A stretch of DNA of 64,000 nucleotides from Streptosporangiaceae bacterium (GCA_050698755.1 JBOHCK010000001.1:140-64139); one strand, 5' to 3'; shown: positions 50,887-60,705, numbered from the stretch's first letter. Notes: generated by a model not told the origin, from the sequence alone. A program made the numbers and translations.

Positions 50887-51152
50887 CGTCTCCTCTCCCC
50901 GTGGCCACCGCCTGCGGTGGCCACAAAGCTCCTATTGCACATCATGCGCCCGCGACATCGCCGCACGCCATAAACAGCGGTCACGCCGGGGCTGGTGCCC
51001 ACCCGGGAACACGAACGTCCCGCCCTCGCTATACGCTGACGCGCTGGTCACGCCGTGCCGGCACTGGTGGCCGGCGCCGCCCGGCCCGCCGCGCCTGCGG
51101 AGTCCTCGCCGCCGTCACGCGCCGGGAACGCGGAGACGTTCGCCCGGTTCAT

Positions 51153-51361
51153 CTGGATGGTGATCTGTTCCGGGCCGATGAGGACGTCCTTGACAGCAGG
51201 CGCAGCACTCGCTGGCGTTCTTCGGTGGTGGCGGTGGCGGCGCTGTCCCGGAGCTGGGCGGGGAAGCCTTCCAGGTTGCCGGCGAGCTTGAGGTAGGCGT
51301 CGCGGTCGGCGGCCTGGGCGTCCAGGGCGGCGAGTTCGCAATAGCGCAGGTCAACCCACAT
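51153..51361 (-). pseudogene. C-terminal remnant of a large serine recombinase (frameshifted, N-terminally deleted)
   Basis: Two overlapping frames read ...YLKLAGNLEGFPAQLRDSAATATTEERQRVLRLL / VKDVLIGPEQITIQ. This matches my recollection of the conserved tail of large serine recombinases (..ERQRxxRLLVKEVLVG..ITIRH). No catalytic domain is present. Confidence 0.5.
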
Positions 51362-51400
51362 AACGCGCCTCAGGCGTGCCGGAGGCTGCCGGACGGTCCG

Positions 51401-52723
51401 CTACGTCGGGCTATCCGCTGGCGTGGCGGGCGCGCTGTCTGTATACGCCGATAGCCGGGCGGAGTAGATGGAGTATCCGTCGACGTGGAAGGCGACGAGC
51501 GTGGCGATCCCGGTCGCCGCCATCATGGGGACCATCAAAGCGAAGCCGCTATGGGTGAGCTCGAGCACGAGGGCGAGCCCGGACAGCGGCGCCTGCATGG
51601 CCGCGCCGATCATGGCGGCCGCGCCGATCATGGCGAACGCGCCGGACGGAGACCCGGGCCAGGCCAGGCTCCAGGCGATGCCCAGCCCGCCGCCGAGAAC
51701 GGCCCCGGTGCTCAGCGTCGGGGTGAACAAGCCGCCGGATGCCCCGCTGCCCAGGCACAGGGCCGTGACCAGCGGCTTGAGCGCGAACAAGGTCAGCAGC
51801 AGGCCCAGGCCGCCGATGCCGAGGAAGGCGTCACGGGCCATGTCCAGGCCGTTCCCGAACAGCTGCGGGTACCAGATCCCGATGACCCCGAGGACGCCGA
51901 AGGCGATCACCGGCGCGAACAGCGCGGTGGTTCCCCGGGCGCGGTGATACGACACCCAGCCGATGAGCCTGATGTACCCGGCCGAGATCAGCCCGATGAC
52001 CGGCCCGGCCAGCAGCGCCCAGGTCATCAGCGATCCGGTGAAGCGGTAGTCGGGGATGCCCTCGTAGACAGCGTGATCGGGCAGGTATATCCAGGCCGTG
52101 GCGGTCGCGATCCAGGAGCAGGCGAGGGCGGGCAGCATGACGGGCAGGGAGATGCTGCCGATGAGGATCTCGGCGGTGAACAGGGCGCCGGCGAGCGGGA
52201 CGTTGTAGACGGCGGCGAGCCCGGCACCGCCGCCGCACGCGACGAGCAACCGCCGCTGCTGCGCCGACAGGCCGCCCCAGTCAGCCAGGAGGCTGCCTGA
52301 TGCGCCGCCGAGCAGCTTGGGCGCGGACTCTCGGCCGATCGAGGCGCCCATCCCGATGACGATTTCGGAAATCACCGAGCTGCCCAGGCAGCGGCGGAAC
52401 GACAGCCGCCCGTCCCCGCTCCAGACCGCCTCGTCGATCTCGGACGGCTCGCCCTGGGTGTAACGGCGCAGCAGGAACCAGGCGACACCGCCGACCGCAC
52501 CCGCGATCAGCAAGGACCCGACCCGCCGCGCCGCGGATGCCTGCTCCACTCCGTGCTGCAGGCTGCCGGAGTGGTAGTCGAACGCCGCATACTGCACGTT
52601 GAACAAGATCAGCATCATCAGCGCGCCGAGCAGGCCGGCGGCGACGCCAGCCAGGATCACCATCAGCCAGAACCGGGGGGTGAGGACCCCGGCCCCGCCG
52701 CTGGTGATGTTCGGCTGCTCCAT
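51401..52723 (-). CDS. ClC-family voltage-gated chloride channel / antiporter
   Basis: In-frame ATG at 52723 (MEQPNITS...), 440 aa. GASIGRESAP, GLAAVYNVPLAGALFTAEIL and GASGGLFTP are ClC selectivity-filter blocks. The 5' ORF extension is R/P/G-rich. Confidence 0.85.
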   Translation of the reverse strand: MEQPNITSGGAGVLTPRFWLMVILAGVAAGLLGALMMLILFNVQYAAFDYHSGSLQHGVEQASAARRVGSLLIAGAVGGVAWFLLRRYTQGEPSEIDEAVWSGDGRLSFRRCLGSSVISEIVIGMGASIGRESAPKLLGGASGSLLADWGGLSAQQRRLLVACGGGAGLAAVYNVPLAGALFTAEILIGSISLPVMLPALACSWIATATAWIYLPDHAVYEGIPDYRFTGSLMTWALLAGPVIGLISAGYIRLIGWVSYHRARGTTALFAPVIAFGVLGVIGIWYPQLFGNGLDMARDAFLGIGGLGLLLTLFALKPLVTALCLGSGASGGLFTPTLSTGAVLGGGLGIAWSLAWPGSPSGAFAMIGAAAMIGAAMQAPLSGLALVLELTHSGFALMVPMMAATGIATLVAFHVDGYSIYSARLSAYTDSAPATPADSPT

Positions 52724-53024
52724 GGCTCCGCGGCCGGACGGCATGCGCTGCTTCAGCAGCGGCTGCGGGCGCCGCACGCGCTCGCTGACCCTGCCCGGCC
52801 GCCGGCCGCCGGAAGTGCTGAGCCAGCGCGGCAGGCCAGGACGGCGTTCCCGGCCGTCAGGACCGCTCATGCGAGTAGCTCCAGAGTGGCCAGGTAATCG
52901 GCTACCGAGTCCATGGCCGACAGCCGGAACACGTGCCAAGCCGGATCGTCCAGTTCGTCGGCAAGGATCGGTTCGGTGTTCTCGCTGCGGTCGCCGACAG
53001 CGACCGCAGCGGTCCGGTCCTTGG

Positions 53025-53345
53025 TCACTGAGCCACCCAGCCAGGGTAGTAGGCTGCCGTGCCGTCGTCAACCGAGATGCACGCCCCGGTGATCCCCGAC
53101 CCGGCGTCCGAAGCGAGCAGCACCGCGACGGCGGAGACCTCCTCGACGGTGACCGGCCGACCCAGCACGGCGTCCCGACTGCAGCGGGCGACCACCTCAT
53201 CAAGCCCTGACAGGCCGAGTCCCTTCCCGCCGCGTCGGCGGACCAGGCCGGTGACCACCAGTCCCGGGTAGATGACGTCCACGGTGATGCCGAGCGGCCC
53301 CGCCTCCTCCCTTGGCCACGGCCTTGGTCAGCCCGGCTCCTAACC
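53025..53345 (-). pseudogene. SDR-family oxidoreductase remnant (C-terminal third only, frameshifted)
   Basis: GLTKAVAKG / EEAGPLGITVDVIYPG ... GRPVTVEEVSAVAVLLASDAGSGITGACISVDDG reads across two frames. The Rossmann N-terminus is absent. Confidence 0.6.
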
Positions 53346-53349
53346 CGCT

Positions 53350-53928
53350 CTACGCGATGGCGCCCGGAGCCTTGGCGTCTGGTTCGTCTTCGCCGCGCTT
53401 GCGGGCGCGGAACGCGGAAACGTTCGCCCGGTTCATGCAGCGGTCAGAGCAGTACCGCCTGGTGTTGCTGGTGCTGACGTCGATGAACACGCCCCGGCAC
53501 CCCGCGGCCTGGCAGACGCCGAACCTGTCGATGCCCAGGTCCGTCAGCCTGACGGCCAGGCCCATGACCGCCCCGGCCGCGTACTTGTCCGCCACCGAAC
53601 CGCTCTCCGTGTAGTGCACGTGCCACCGCTGGCCGTCGTGCCCGGATAGCTGCGGGTGGACGGGATGCTGGATGAGCAGCGCGTTCAGGCGGGCCGCAGC
53701 GTCCTCCCCGTCGCCGTCGGCGCACGCGACGAAGAACGCGCGGAACTCCGCGCGCAGGCTCCGCAGCGCGTCCAGGTCGCCGCGAGTCACGCCCGTATTG
53801 AGATGCTCGCGGTCGGCGACGAGGGCACGCAGCCCGTCGAGGTTGGCCAGGCGGTCACCGTCCTCGCCCGCCCCACCGGCTGTATTCACGAGTCGAACCG
53901 CGAGTTCCGCGTAGGAGTTGAGATCCAC
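53350..53928 (-). CDS. CGNR zinc-finger (ABATE + zf-CGNR) domain protein
   Basis: GTG at 53928. C-terminal GVCQAAGCRGVFIDVSTSNTRRYCSDRCMNRANVSAFRAR is the zf-CGNR signature. Confidence 0.8.
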   Translation of the reverse strand: MDLNSYAELAVRLVNTAGGAGEDGDRLANLDGLRALVADREHLNTGVTRGDLDALRSLRAEFRAFFVACADGDGEDAAARLNALLIQHPVHPQLSGHDGQRWHVHYTESGSVADKYAAGAVMGLAVRLTDLGIDRFGVCQAAGCRGVFIDVSTSNTRRYCSDRCMNRANVSAFRARKRGEDEPDAKAPGAIA

Positions 53929-54162
53929 TCCCGTTCCTAGCTGCGGGAAGTTTGATGGTAATGGCCAGGTGCCGGTATCGAGTATTACACCATCGGCCGG
54001 GCGGATGCCAGACCGATGGTCACGTTCTGTGGCACAATGGTCCGACGGGACACCCCCGTGTCCGAAGTCTTCATCGCACGGCAACCTCACCCGCAGCCGG
54101 TAAACCCGAGGCTGACCCACCGTCGCCGTGCCCCTCAATGACGATGACCAGGGGGTATTCCC

Positions 54163-55401
54163 ATGTCTGCAGAACCGGCTTTCCCCGCGCCCGCCTACGG
54201 GCCGCCCGCCCTCCTCAAAGAAGCGGGCCGTATGTCCGCGCGTGCCAATCCGGACGATCCGGTATTCGCCATGCACCGCGGCGGCAAGATCGGCGTTTCC
54301 CCGACCGTGGACGTCACCGACCGCGCCGCCCTGGCCCTGGCCTACACCCCCGGGGTGGCCCGCGTCTGCACCGCGATCGCCGAGGACCCCGAACTCGCGG
54401 GCGAGTTCACCTGGGTCTCCAACACCGTCGCGGTGGTCACCGACGGCACGGCCGTCCTCGGCCTGGGCGACATCGGCCCGAACGCCGCCATGCCAGTCAT
54501 GGAGGGCAAGGCGTTGCTGTTCAAGCGGTTCGCCGGCGTCGACGCGGTGCCGATCTGCCTGGCCTGCACCGACCCGGACGAGATCGTGGCCACCGTGGCC
54601 GCGCTCGCGCCGAGCTTCGGCGGCATCAACCTGGAGGACATCTCGGCGCCACGCTGCTTCGAGATCGAGGACCGGCTGCGCGACCTGCTCGACATCCCGG
54701 TCTTCCACGACGATCAGCACGGCACCGCCATCGTGACGCTGGCCGCGCTGCGCAGCGCCGCCCGGGTCGCGGGCAAGGAACTCGGCGAACTCCGCGCCGT
54801 GGTCGCCGGGGCGGGAGCGTCCGGCGTGGCGGTGACCAAGATGCTGCTCCGAGCCGGGATCGGCGACATCGCGGTGTCGGACCGCCAGGGCCTGATCCAC
54901 CGGGGCCGCGTCGGCCTGAACCCGGTCAAGGCCGCGCTCGCCGCCCGTACCAATAAGGCAGGCCTGAAGGGCTCGACCGAGTCGGCCCTGACGGGCGCCG
55001 ACGTGTTCATCGGCCTGTCCAGCGGCACGGTGCCAGAGCCGGCCATCGCGGCGATGGCCCCCGACGCGATCGTCTTCGCGCTGTCCAACCCCGATCCCGA
55101 GGTCCACCCGGACGTCGCGGCCCGCCATGCCCTGGTCGTGGCCACCGGCCGCAGTGACTTCCCGAACCAGATCAACAACTCACTCGCCTTCCCCGGCGTC
55201 TTCCGCGGCGCCCTCGACGTGCGCGCCACCCGCATCACCGAGGGCATGAAGCTCGCCGCCGCCACGGCCATCACCCACCTGGTCGGCGCGGACGCCGCTC
55301 CCGGCTACGTCATCCCCAGCCAGTTCGACGACCGCGTCGCCCCCGCGGTGGCCGCCGCCGTAGCCGCCCAAGCCCGAGCCGAAGGCGTGGCCCGCCGCTA
55401 A
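54163..55401 (+). CDS. NAD(P)-dependent malic enzyme (short bacterial type)
   Basis: 412 aa. [52 protein letters not shown] and GAGASG. Alternative start ATG 54232. Confidence 0.9.
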   Translation: MSAEPAFPAPAYGPPALLKEAGRMSARANPDDPVFAMHRGGKIGVSPTVDVTDRAALALAYTPGVARVCTAIAEDPELAGEFTWVSNTVAVVTDGTAVLGLGDIGPNAAMPVMEGKALLFKRFAGVDAVPICLACTDPDEIVATVAALAPSFGGINLEDISAPRCFEIEDRLRDLLDIPVFHDDQHGTAIVTLAALRSAARVAGKELGELRAVVAGAGASGVAVTKMLLRAGIGDIAVSDRQGLIHRGRVGLNPVKAALAARTNKAGLKGSTESALTGADVFIGLSSGTVPEPAIAAMAPDAIVFALSNPDPEVHPDVAARHALVVATGRSDFPNQINNSLAFPGVFRGALDVRATRITEGMKLAAATAITHLVGADAAPGYVIPSQFDDRVAPAVAAAVAAQARAEGVARR

Positions 55402-55490
55402 CTTCTTCTTTTTCCTCCGAACGACGTTGGTGTCACCCCCGCAACAACACGAGCCTCTCGCGTCACAGGGCCGCGGCAGGAACTCCCCAT

Positions 55491-55534
55491 GGGTGTGGCA
55501 CCGTACCGATTCTTCCCTGTACGGTGCCACACCC
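55491..55534. terminator. perfect 16-bp-stem hairpin downstream of the malic enzyme gene
   Basis: GGGTGTGGCACCGTAC-N12-GTACGGTGCCACACCC lies 90 nt after the stop. No U-tract follows. Confidence 0.5.
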
Positions 55535-55600
55535 ACCGGTTCCGTACCGCCGCGGACCGGCCCGGCCCGACCCGCCCGCCCCGACCCGGCCGCCCCTGCC

Positions 55601-55654
55601 CGACCCGGACGCCCCGGCCTGACCCGCCGACCCGGACGCCCCGGCCTGACCCGC
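55601..55654. repeat. 27-bp perfect tandem duplication in the intergenic region
   Basis: cgacccggacgccccggcctgacccgc occurs x2. Confidence 0.9.
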
Positions 55655-55710
55655 CGCTGCCCGGGCCTCCGCTGGCCCCTTCACTCCCGCGTTGTGTCTA
55701 TCCCGATAGG

Positions 55711-56688
55711 GTGTCGCTCGTGTTTGCTGTGACTGCCGCGCGCCTCGACGCCGACGATCCGCTGTCCGCGATGGAACTGGGCGAGCGCCCCGATCCCATC
55801 ACGCCCGACGGGTGGGTGACAGTGACGGTCAAGGCGGCGTCGCTCAACCACCACGACGTGTGGACGCTCCGCGGGGTCGGCATCTCGGCCGAGCGGCTGC
55901 CGATCGTGCTGGGCTGCGACGCGGCCGGCCTGGACCCCGAAGGCAACGAGGTCATCGTCCACGCGGTGGTCGGCGACCCGGACGCGGGCGGCGGCAACGA
56001 GACCCTCGACCCGCGACGGTCCCTGCTGTCCGAGCGTTACGACGGCACGTTCGCCGACCTCGTCTGCGTCCCGCGGCGGAACCTCGTGCCCAAGCCCGCC
56101 GCGCTGTCGTTCGAGGAGGCCGCCTGCCTGCCGACGGCGTACCTGACCGCCTACAAGATGATGTTCGAGAAGTCCGGCGTCCAGCCCGGCTCGACCATCC
56201 TGGTCCAGGGCGCGGGCGGCGGGGTCGCCACCGCGCTGATCCTGCTCGGCCACGCGGCCGGCTACCGGATGTGGGCCACCAGCCGCACCGAGCACAAGCG
56301 CGAGCAAGCCGTCACGCTCGGCGCCGACCAGGCCTTTCCGCCCGGGGTCAGGCTCCCGGAGCGCGTCGACGCGGTCATGGAGACCGTCGGCCAGGCTACG
56401 TGGGCCCACTCGGTGCGCTCGCTCAAGCCCGGCGGCCGCATCGTGATCTCCGGCGCCACCACCGGCGACGCCTCGCCGGCCGAACTGACCAGGATCTTCT
56501 TCACCCAGTTGTCCGTGACCGGTTCCACCATGGGCACCCGCGAGCAGCTGGCCCGCCTGGCCACCTTCTGCGAGCAGACCGGCGTCCGCCCCTTGGTCGA
56601 CCGGGTGCTCCCCCTGGCCGAAGCCCGCGACGGCTTCGAGCGCATGATCACCGGCGACCTATTCGGCAAGGTCGTCTTCGTCCCCTAG
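55711..56688 (+). CDS. zinc-type alcohol dehydrogenase / NADPH:quinone oxidoreductase (MDR superfamily)
   Basis: GTG at 55711 (alternative 55720). [29 protein letters not shown] and LFGKVVF. The 5' part of the ORF (55489-55710) spans the hairpin and repeat. Confidence 0.8.
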   Translation: MSLVFAVTAARLDADDPLSAMELGERPDPITPDGWVTVTVKAASLNHHDVWTLRGVGISAERLPIVLGCDAAGLDPEGNEVIVHAVVGDPDAGGGNETLDPRRSLLSERYDGTFADLVCVPRRNLVPKPAALSFEEAACLPTAYLTAYKMMFEKSGVQPGSTILVQGAGGGVATALILLGHAAGYRMWATSRTEHKREQAVTLGADQAFPPGVRLPERVDAVMETVGQATWAHSVRSLKPGGRIVISGATTGDASPAELTRIFFTQLSVTGSTMGTREQLARLATFCEQTGVRPLVDRVLPLAEARDGFERMITGDLFGKVVFVP

Positions 56689-57756
56689 GCCCAGCCGGGC
56701 CAGCGCGGCGACCCGCTCGAAGGAGTGCAGGCGGTCGGCGGGGTCGAAGACCATGGTGGTGAGCATCAGCTCGTCCGCGGCCGTCGCCTCGAGCAGGCTG
56801 GCTAGGCCGCGCCGCACGGTGTCGGGGGCGCCGATGATCTGCGTGGCCCGGCGGTCTTCGAGGAACGCACGCTCCATGTTGTTGTAGGGGTAGCTGGCCG
56901 CTTCCTCGGGCGAGGGCAGCGGACCGGGACGGCCCGAGCGCAGGCGCAGGAACGACAGGGCGCCGGACCCGGCCAGGAAGCTGGCCCGCTCGTCGGTGTC
57001 CGCGCAGACGACCGCGGCCGCGACCATGGCGTACGGGCTTGGCAGGGTCGGCGAAGGGCGGAAGTGCTGGCGGTACAAGGCCAGCGCCGGGAGTGTGTTG
57101 GCCGGGCTGAAGTGATGCGCGAAGGCAAAGGGGAGGCTGAGCAGGCCCGCCACCTGGGCGCTGTACCCGCTCGAGCCAAGCAGCCACATGGCGGGCTGGT
57201 GGCCCCGCCCCGGCACCGCGGTGATCTGGGCGAACGGATGGTTCTCCGGCCAGCGGCCGGTGAAGAACCCGAGCAGGTCCATGAGCTGGTCGGGGAAGTC
57301 ATCCGCCGACAGCGCCTCCACCGAGCGGCGCAGCGCAGCGGCCGTCACCTGGTCGGTGCCCGGCGCCCGGCCGATGCCCAGGTCGATCCGGCCGGGGTGC
57401 AGCGCCTCCAGCATCCCGAACTGTTCTGCGACCACCAGCGAGGCGTGATTGGGCAGCATGACGCCGCCTGAGCCCACCCGGATGGCCGTCGTCGCGTCGG
57501 CGATATGGCCGATCAGCACGGGCGGCGCCGAGCTGGCGATGCCTGGCATGTTGTGGTGCTCGGCGACCCAGAACCGCCTGAACCCGAGTCGCTCGACCTC
57601 CCGGGCCAGCTCGATAGTCGCGCGCAGCGCGTCCCCAGCGTTCCCGCCCTCCGGCACCGGGGCCAGGTCTAGCACCGAGAGCGGCACCTGCCGCGGGCCG
57701 AGAGTGAGGGCCGCAATGTCATCCACGCCTGACCGGAACAGCGCCCAGGGCCCCAT
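56659..57756 (-). CDS. LLM-class flavin-dependent oxidoreductase (luciferase-like)
   Basis: Internal Met at 57756. LSVLDLAPV..., [22 protein letters not shown] and [12 protein letters not shown]. The 3' end overlaps the convergent oxidoreductase gene by 30 nt. Confidence 0.85.
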   Translation of the reverse strand: MGPWALFRSGVDDIAALTLGPRQVPLSVLDLAPVPEGGNAGDALRATIELAREVERLGFRRFWVAEHHNMPGIASSAPPVLIGHIADATTAIRVGSGGVMLPNHASLVVAEQFGMLEALHPGRIDLGIGRAPGTDQVTAAALRRSVEALSADDFPDQLMDLLGFFTGRWPENHPFAQITAVPGRGHQPAMWLLGSSGYSAQVAGLLSLPFAFAHHFSPANTLPALALYRQHFRPSPTLPSPYAMVAAAVVCADTDERASFLAGSGALSFLRLRSGRPGPLPSPEEAASYPYNNMERAFLEDRRATQIIGAPDTVRRGLASLLEATAADELMLTTMVFDPADRLHSFERVAALARLGLGDEDDLAE

Positions 57757-57950
57757 TCTTCCGGCCAACCCCGAATGCCAATGCGACGCACAGCGGGCGC
57801 AGTTGCGGGAGGATCCGGGTTTCCGGGAGGATCCGGTGCATCCCAGTCCCCCCGATCCTCCCGCAGGCCCAGATCCTCCCGGCAAATCCCCGCTCTTACG
57901 TTACGAACGAGGCGGAAGGGGCCAGTGCGGTCACCGTCTGGCCTTCGGGG

Positions 57951-59438
57951 TTAGGCCGGGGCGGCCTCAGCCCCGCCGTCCGGTTGATCCGGGGTCTCCG
58001 GGGCTTCCGCGCTCTCGGCGCCCTCGGCGCCCGGCTGGTCTGCGGCATCGTGCGGACCCGGGGCATCTTGCGTGCCTGCAGCCGGCCGCCGACCTGGCTC
58101 GTGGGAGAAGCCGAAGATCTCGGTCTTGATGCGCTCCAGGGCCTCTTCCAGGATGGAACGCAGGTCGCTGATGACGTTCTCACCGGCCGAGGTGGACTGG
58201 GTGGCCAGCCTCCTGACGTCGGACGTGAACTGCACGGCCAGCCGTTCCAGGTCGCGGAGCGTGGCTAGGTCGAGCGGGCCGGGCCAGCCGCGACGTCCGC
58301 CGCGCCCTCGCGCCCAGTCTTCCCAGCCATGCCGACCTTGCCAGTCCGTGAAGCCCGACCAGCCCGGCGCCTCCCAATTTTGGTCGCCCGGATTGAACCG
58401 GGCCCCGGCTCCCTCGCGGATCCGGTCCCAGGCGCTCCAGTTGCCCGAGGACTCCTCGCGCACGCGCTGAGCTTCCTCACGCAACCGGCGCGCGCTTTCC
58501 CGCACGCGGCGGGCCGCGTCCTGCCCCAGCGACTCCGCACGACTCCGCGCCGACTCCCCGGCCGGGCCGCCCTGCTCTGCCGCTCCGCTGTCTTCGGCCT
58601 GGCCGCCGTGCTCTGCCGCTCCGCCAGCCGTCGCCTGACCGCTTTGCCCCGCCGGTCCGCCGACCCCGGCCTGGCCGCCGTGCTCTGCCGGTCCGCCGTC
58701 CCCCGCCTGGCTGCCATGCTCCGCGGGTCCACCGTCCCCCGCCGGGCCGCCGTGCTCCGCCGGTCCACCGTCCCCCGCCGGTCCGCTGGCACCCTCCCGG
58801 CCCAGGTCCTCCGCGTAGCCGGCCTGGCCCGGTTCGGCCGCTCGCCGCCATTCCCTCGTCTGTTCGCGGGCCCCCTTGGCCTGCTCGAGAGCTTCGTCAC
58901 GGGCCTGACGAGCCTGGTCGCGGGCTTCTTCCCAGTCCATCCGGGCCTGCTCGTAGGCCTCATCGCGGGCCTGGCGGGCCTGCTCGCGCGCTTCCTCGCG
59001 GGCCTGCCTGGCCTGCTCGCGCAGGTCGCCGCCCAGGTCCCGGCCCACCCGGCGGGATTCCCTGGCCGCCCAGGTCAGCTCCTCGCGGAGGCTACGCACG
59101 GTCTGCCTGACGTCCTCCCTGACCTCTCGGACGATGTCGCTGACGGACGCGGACAGCTCCTCTTCGAGCTCGTCGAGCTCGTCACTCCTGCTCCGCAACT
59201 CCTCGCGCCCGGCTTCCGTGATCCGGTAGACCTTGCGCCCGTCGGTCTCGTCGTGCGTGACCAGGCCCTCTTCCTCGAGCCGGGCCAGCCGCGGGTAGAT
59301 CGTCCCGGGGGAGGGCGAGTACACGCCCATGAACCGGTCGCGCAGCAGCCGGATAACCTCATAGCCGTGCCTGGGCTCCTCATCGAGGAGCCGCAGCAGG
59401 TACAGCCGGAGGCTGCCGTGGCGGAATACCGGACTCAA
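57951..59438 (-). CDS. PadR-family transcriptional regulator with a long repetitive/coiled C-terminal extension
   Basis: TTG start overlaps the upstream stop (TTGA). The N-terminal ~90 aa is a PadR wHTH (YLLRLLDEEPRHGYEVIRLL...GTIYPRLARLEEEGLV). An E/R/Q/A coiled region and GGPAEHG repeats follow. Confidence 0.8.
   Translation of the reverse strand: MSPVFRHGSLRLYLLRLLDEEPRHGYEVIRLLRDRFMGVYSPSPGTIYPRLARLEEEGLVTHDETDGRKVYRITEAGREELRSRSDELDELEEELSASVSDIVREVREDVRQTVRSLREELTWAARESRRVGRDLGGDLREQARQAREEAREQARQARDEAYEQARMDWEEARDQARQARDEALEQAKGAREQTREWRRAAEPGQAGYAEDLGREGASGPAGDGGPAEHGGPAGDGGPAEHGSQAGDGGPAEHGGQAGVGGPAGQSGQATAGGAAEHGGQAEDSGAAEQGGPAGESARSRAESLGQDAARRVRESARRLREEAQRVREESSGNWSAWDRIREGAGARFNPGDQNWEAPGWSGFTDWQGRHGWEDWARGRGGRRGWPGPLDLATLRDLERLAVQFTSDVRRLATQSTSAGENVISDLRSILEEALERIKTEIFGFSHEPGRRPAAGTQDAPGPHDAADQPGAEGAESAEAPETPDQPDGGAEAAPA
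58554..58787 (-). repeat. imperfect tandem repeat of about 36 bp, in frame (GGPAEHGGPAGD-type units, about 6 copies)
   Basis: Units like ggccgccgtgctc(t/c)gccggtcc(g/a)ccgtcccccgcc recur. They encode residues about 218-295 of the PadR protein. Confidence 0.8.
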
Positions 59439-60304
59439 CTGGCCTCGCCTTCCATCTCACTCTCATTATCGTGCCCCTCGTGACCATTCCGGGCGTCCTC
59501 GGGCGTAGTGCGGCGTTCGGCGCGCCGCAGCAGGATGACCCGCCCTGACATCGTGGTCACAGACACGTTTCCCGAGCCGGCGCCTAGGCTACCGCTCACC
59601 CGGTGAGACGCCGGCGCCGAGGCGTACGTCAGCTCGGCGAACTCGCTGCGGACCTCGCCCGACACCGAATGCAGGTGGACCCGCGCGTCCGCCTCCGCGG
59701 GGAGCCTGAGCGTGACCTCACCGGACACCGTGGTGACCTGCATGCCGCCCAGCGGGTCGAGGTCGATGTCCGCGGTCACGTCGCCGCTCACCGCGTTCGC
59801 GTCCAGGCGCTCCAGCCAGCCGTCGGCGAGCGTCAGGTCGCCGGAAACGCTGTTGAAGTTGAGCTTGCCGTTGATGCCCTGCGCCTCTAGCGCCCCGGAC
59901 ACCGTGTTGGCGTCAACGTCGCCGGTCACGCCGTCGAGTGTGATCGCGCCTGAGACGCTCTTGACCGACGCCTTCGCGTTGATCCCGGACATCACGGCCG
60001 TCGCGCTGACCACTCCCACCTGAGTCGGGCACTTCCGCGGGACGGTGATCGTCACCGTCGCAGCGTGCCGCTGCGGGCGCAGCCACTTCAGCAGCCCGTC
60101 CCAGCTCAGGTTCTCGTGCGCGATCGTCAGCACGCCGTCCTCGTGCGTCACGGTGAGCGGGTCGCCGGTGATGCTCGTGACGTCCACCGAGGGCTTCTCG
60201 TTGGTGGCTAGCACGGCGACCGACCCGGCAATGAGCCTGACCCGGAGCCCCGTCACGTCGTCAAAGTCCAGACTCGTCGGAGCCTCGATCGTCCACTGCG
60301 CCAT
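59435..60304 (-). CDS. DUF4097-family beta-repeat protein (putative adhesin fold), PadR operon partner
   Basis: Internal Met at 60304 (MAQWTIEAP...). Periodic SG(D/E/A)(V/I/L) repeats (VSGAITLD, VSGALEAQ, VSGDLTLA, VSGDVTAD, VSGEVTLR, VSGEVRSE). Confidence 0.7.
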   Translation of the reverse strand: MAQWTIEAPTSLDFDDVTGLRVRLIAGSVAVLATNEKPSVDVTSITGDPLTVTHEDGVLTIAHENLSWDGLLKWLRPQRHAATVTITVPRKCPTQVGVVSATAVMSGINAKASVKSVSGAITLDGVTGDVDANTVSGALEAQGINGKLNFNSVSGDLTLADGWLERLDANAVSGDVTADIDLDPLGGMQVTTVSGEVTLRLPAEADARVHLHSVSGEVRSEFAELTYASAPASHRVSGSLGAGSGNVSVTTMSGRVILLRRAERRTTPEDARNGHEGHDNESEMEGEAS

Positions 60305-60705
60305 CCGACCGTCCTTTCGCGCGCTCACACGTAACTCTAACGATATATCTCATCCTTCCAAAGTCAAGATGTATCGCGATTATCGCCACCCCAGGACCTT
60401 ATGCCGGACGCTCCATCCCACCGACCGCCCCACTCCCGCTCCGCACCGGCAACCCGCTCCCGCCCCGCTCCGGCTCTCGCCCCACCCCCTGCATCACCAG
60501 CACCTCACGCCGCAAACCGGAACAGGTGGTTGCGGCAACGTAGTGCCTCTTCCGGGTAGTAAGCCACAACCACTGGTTTAAGAAGCGGCGCGATGGTGCG
60601 GCAGCTCCGCCAGCAGCGGCGTCCTCAGGGCTGCCGCACGCTGAAGGCCCGGTGGGGTGCACGTCGCGAGGCTCCCACCACCGCTCGTTCGGGTCAAAGA
60701 GGGCT

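Noticed and set aside
55489-55710. N-terminal 74-aa extension of the oxidoreductase ORF, and the mirrored minus-strand ORF 55180-55536
   Set aside because: Both begin MGVAPYR... only because they read through the two arms of the 16-bp palindrome. The remainder is a Pro-rich translation of the GC repeat.
56659-56688. 30-nt convergent overlap of the quinone oxidoreductase and LLM oxidoreductase 3' ends
   Set aside because: Short convergent overlaps are common in compact high-GC genomes. Nothing suggests a functional antisense arrangement.
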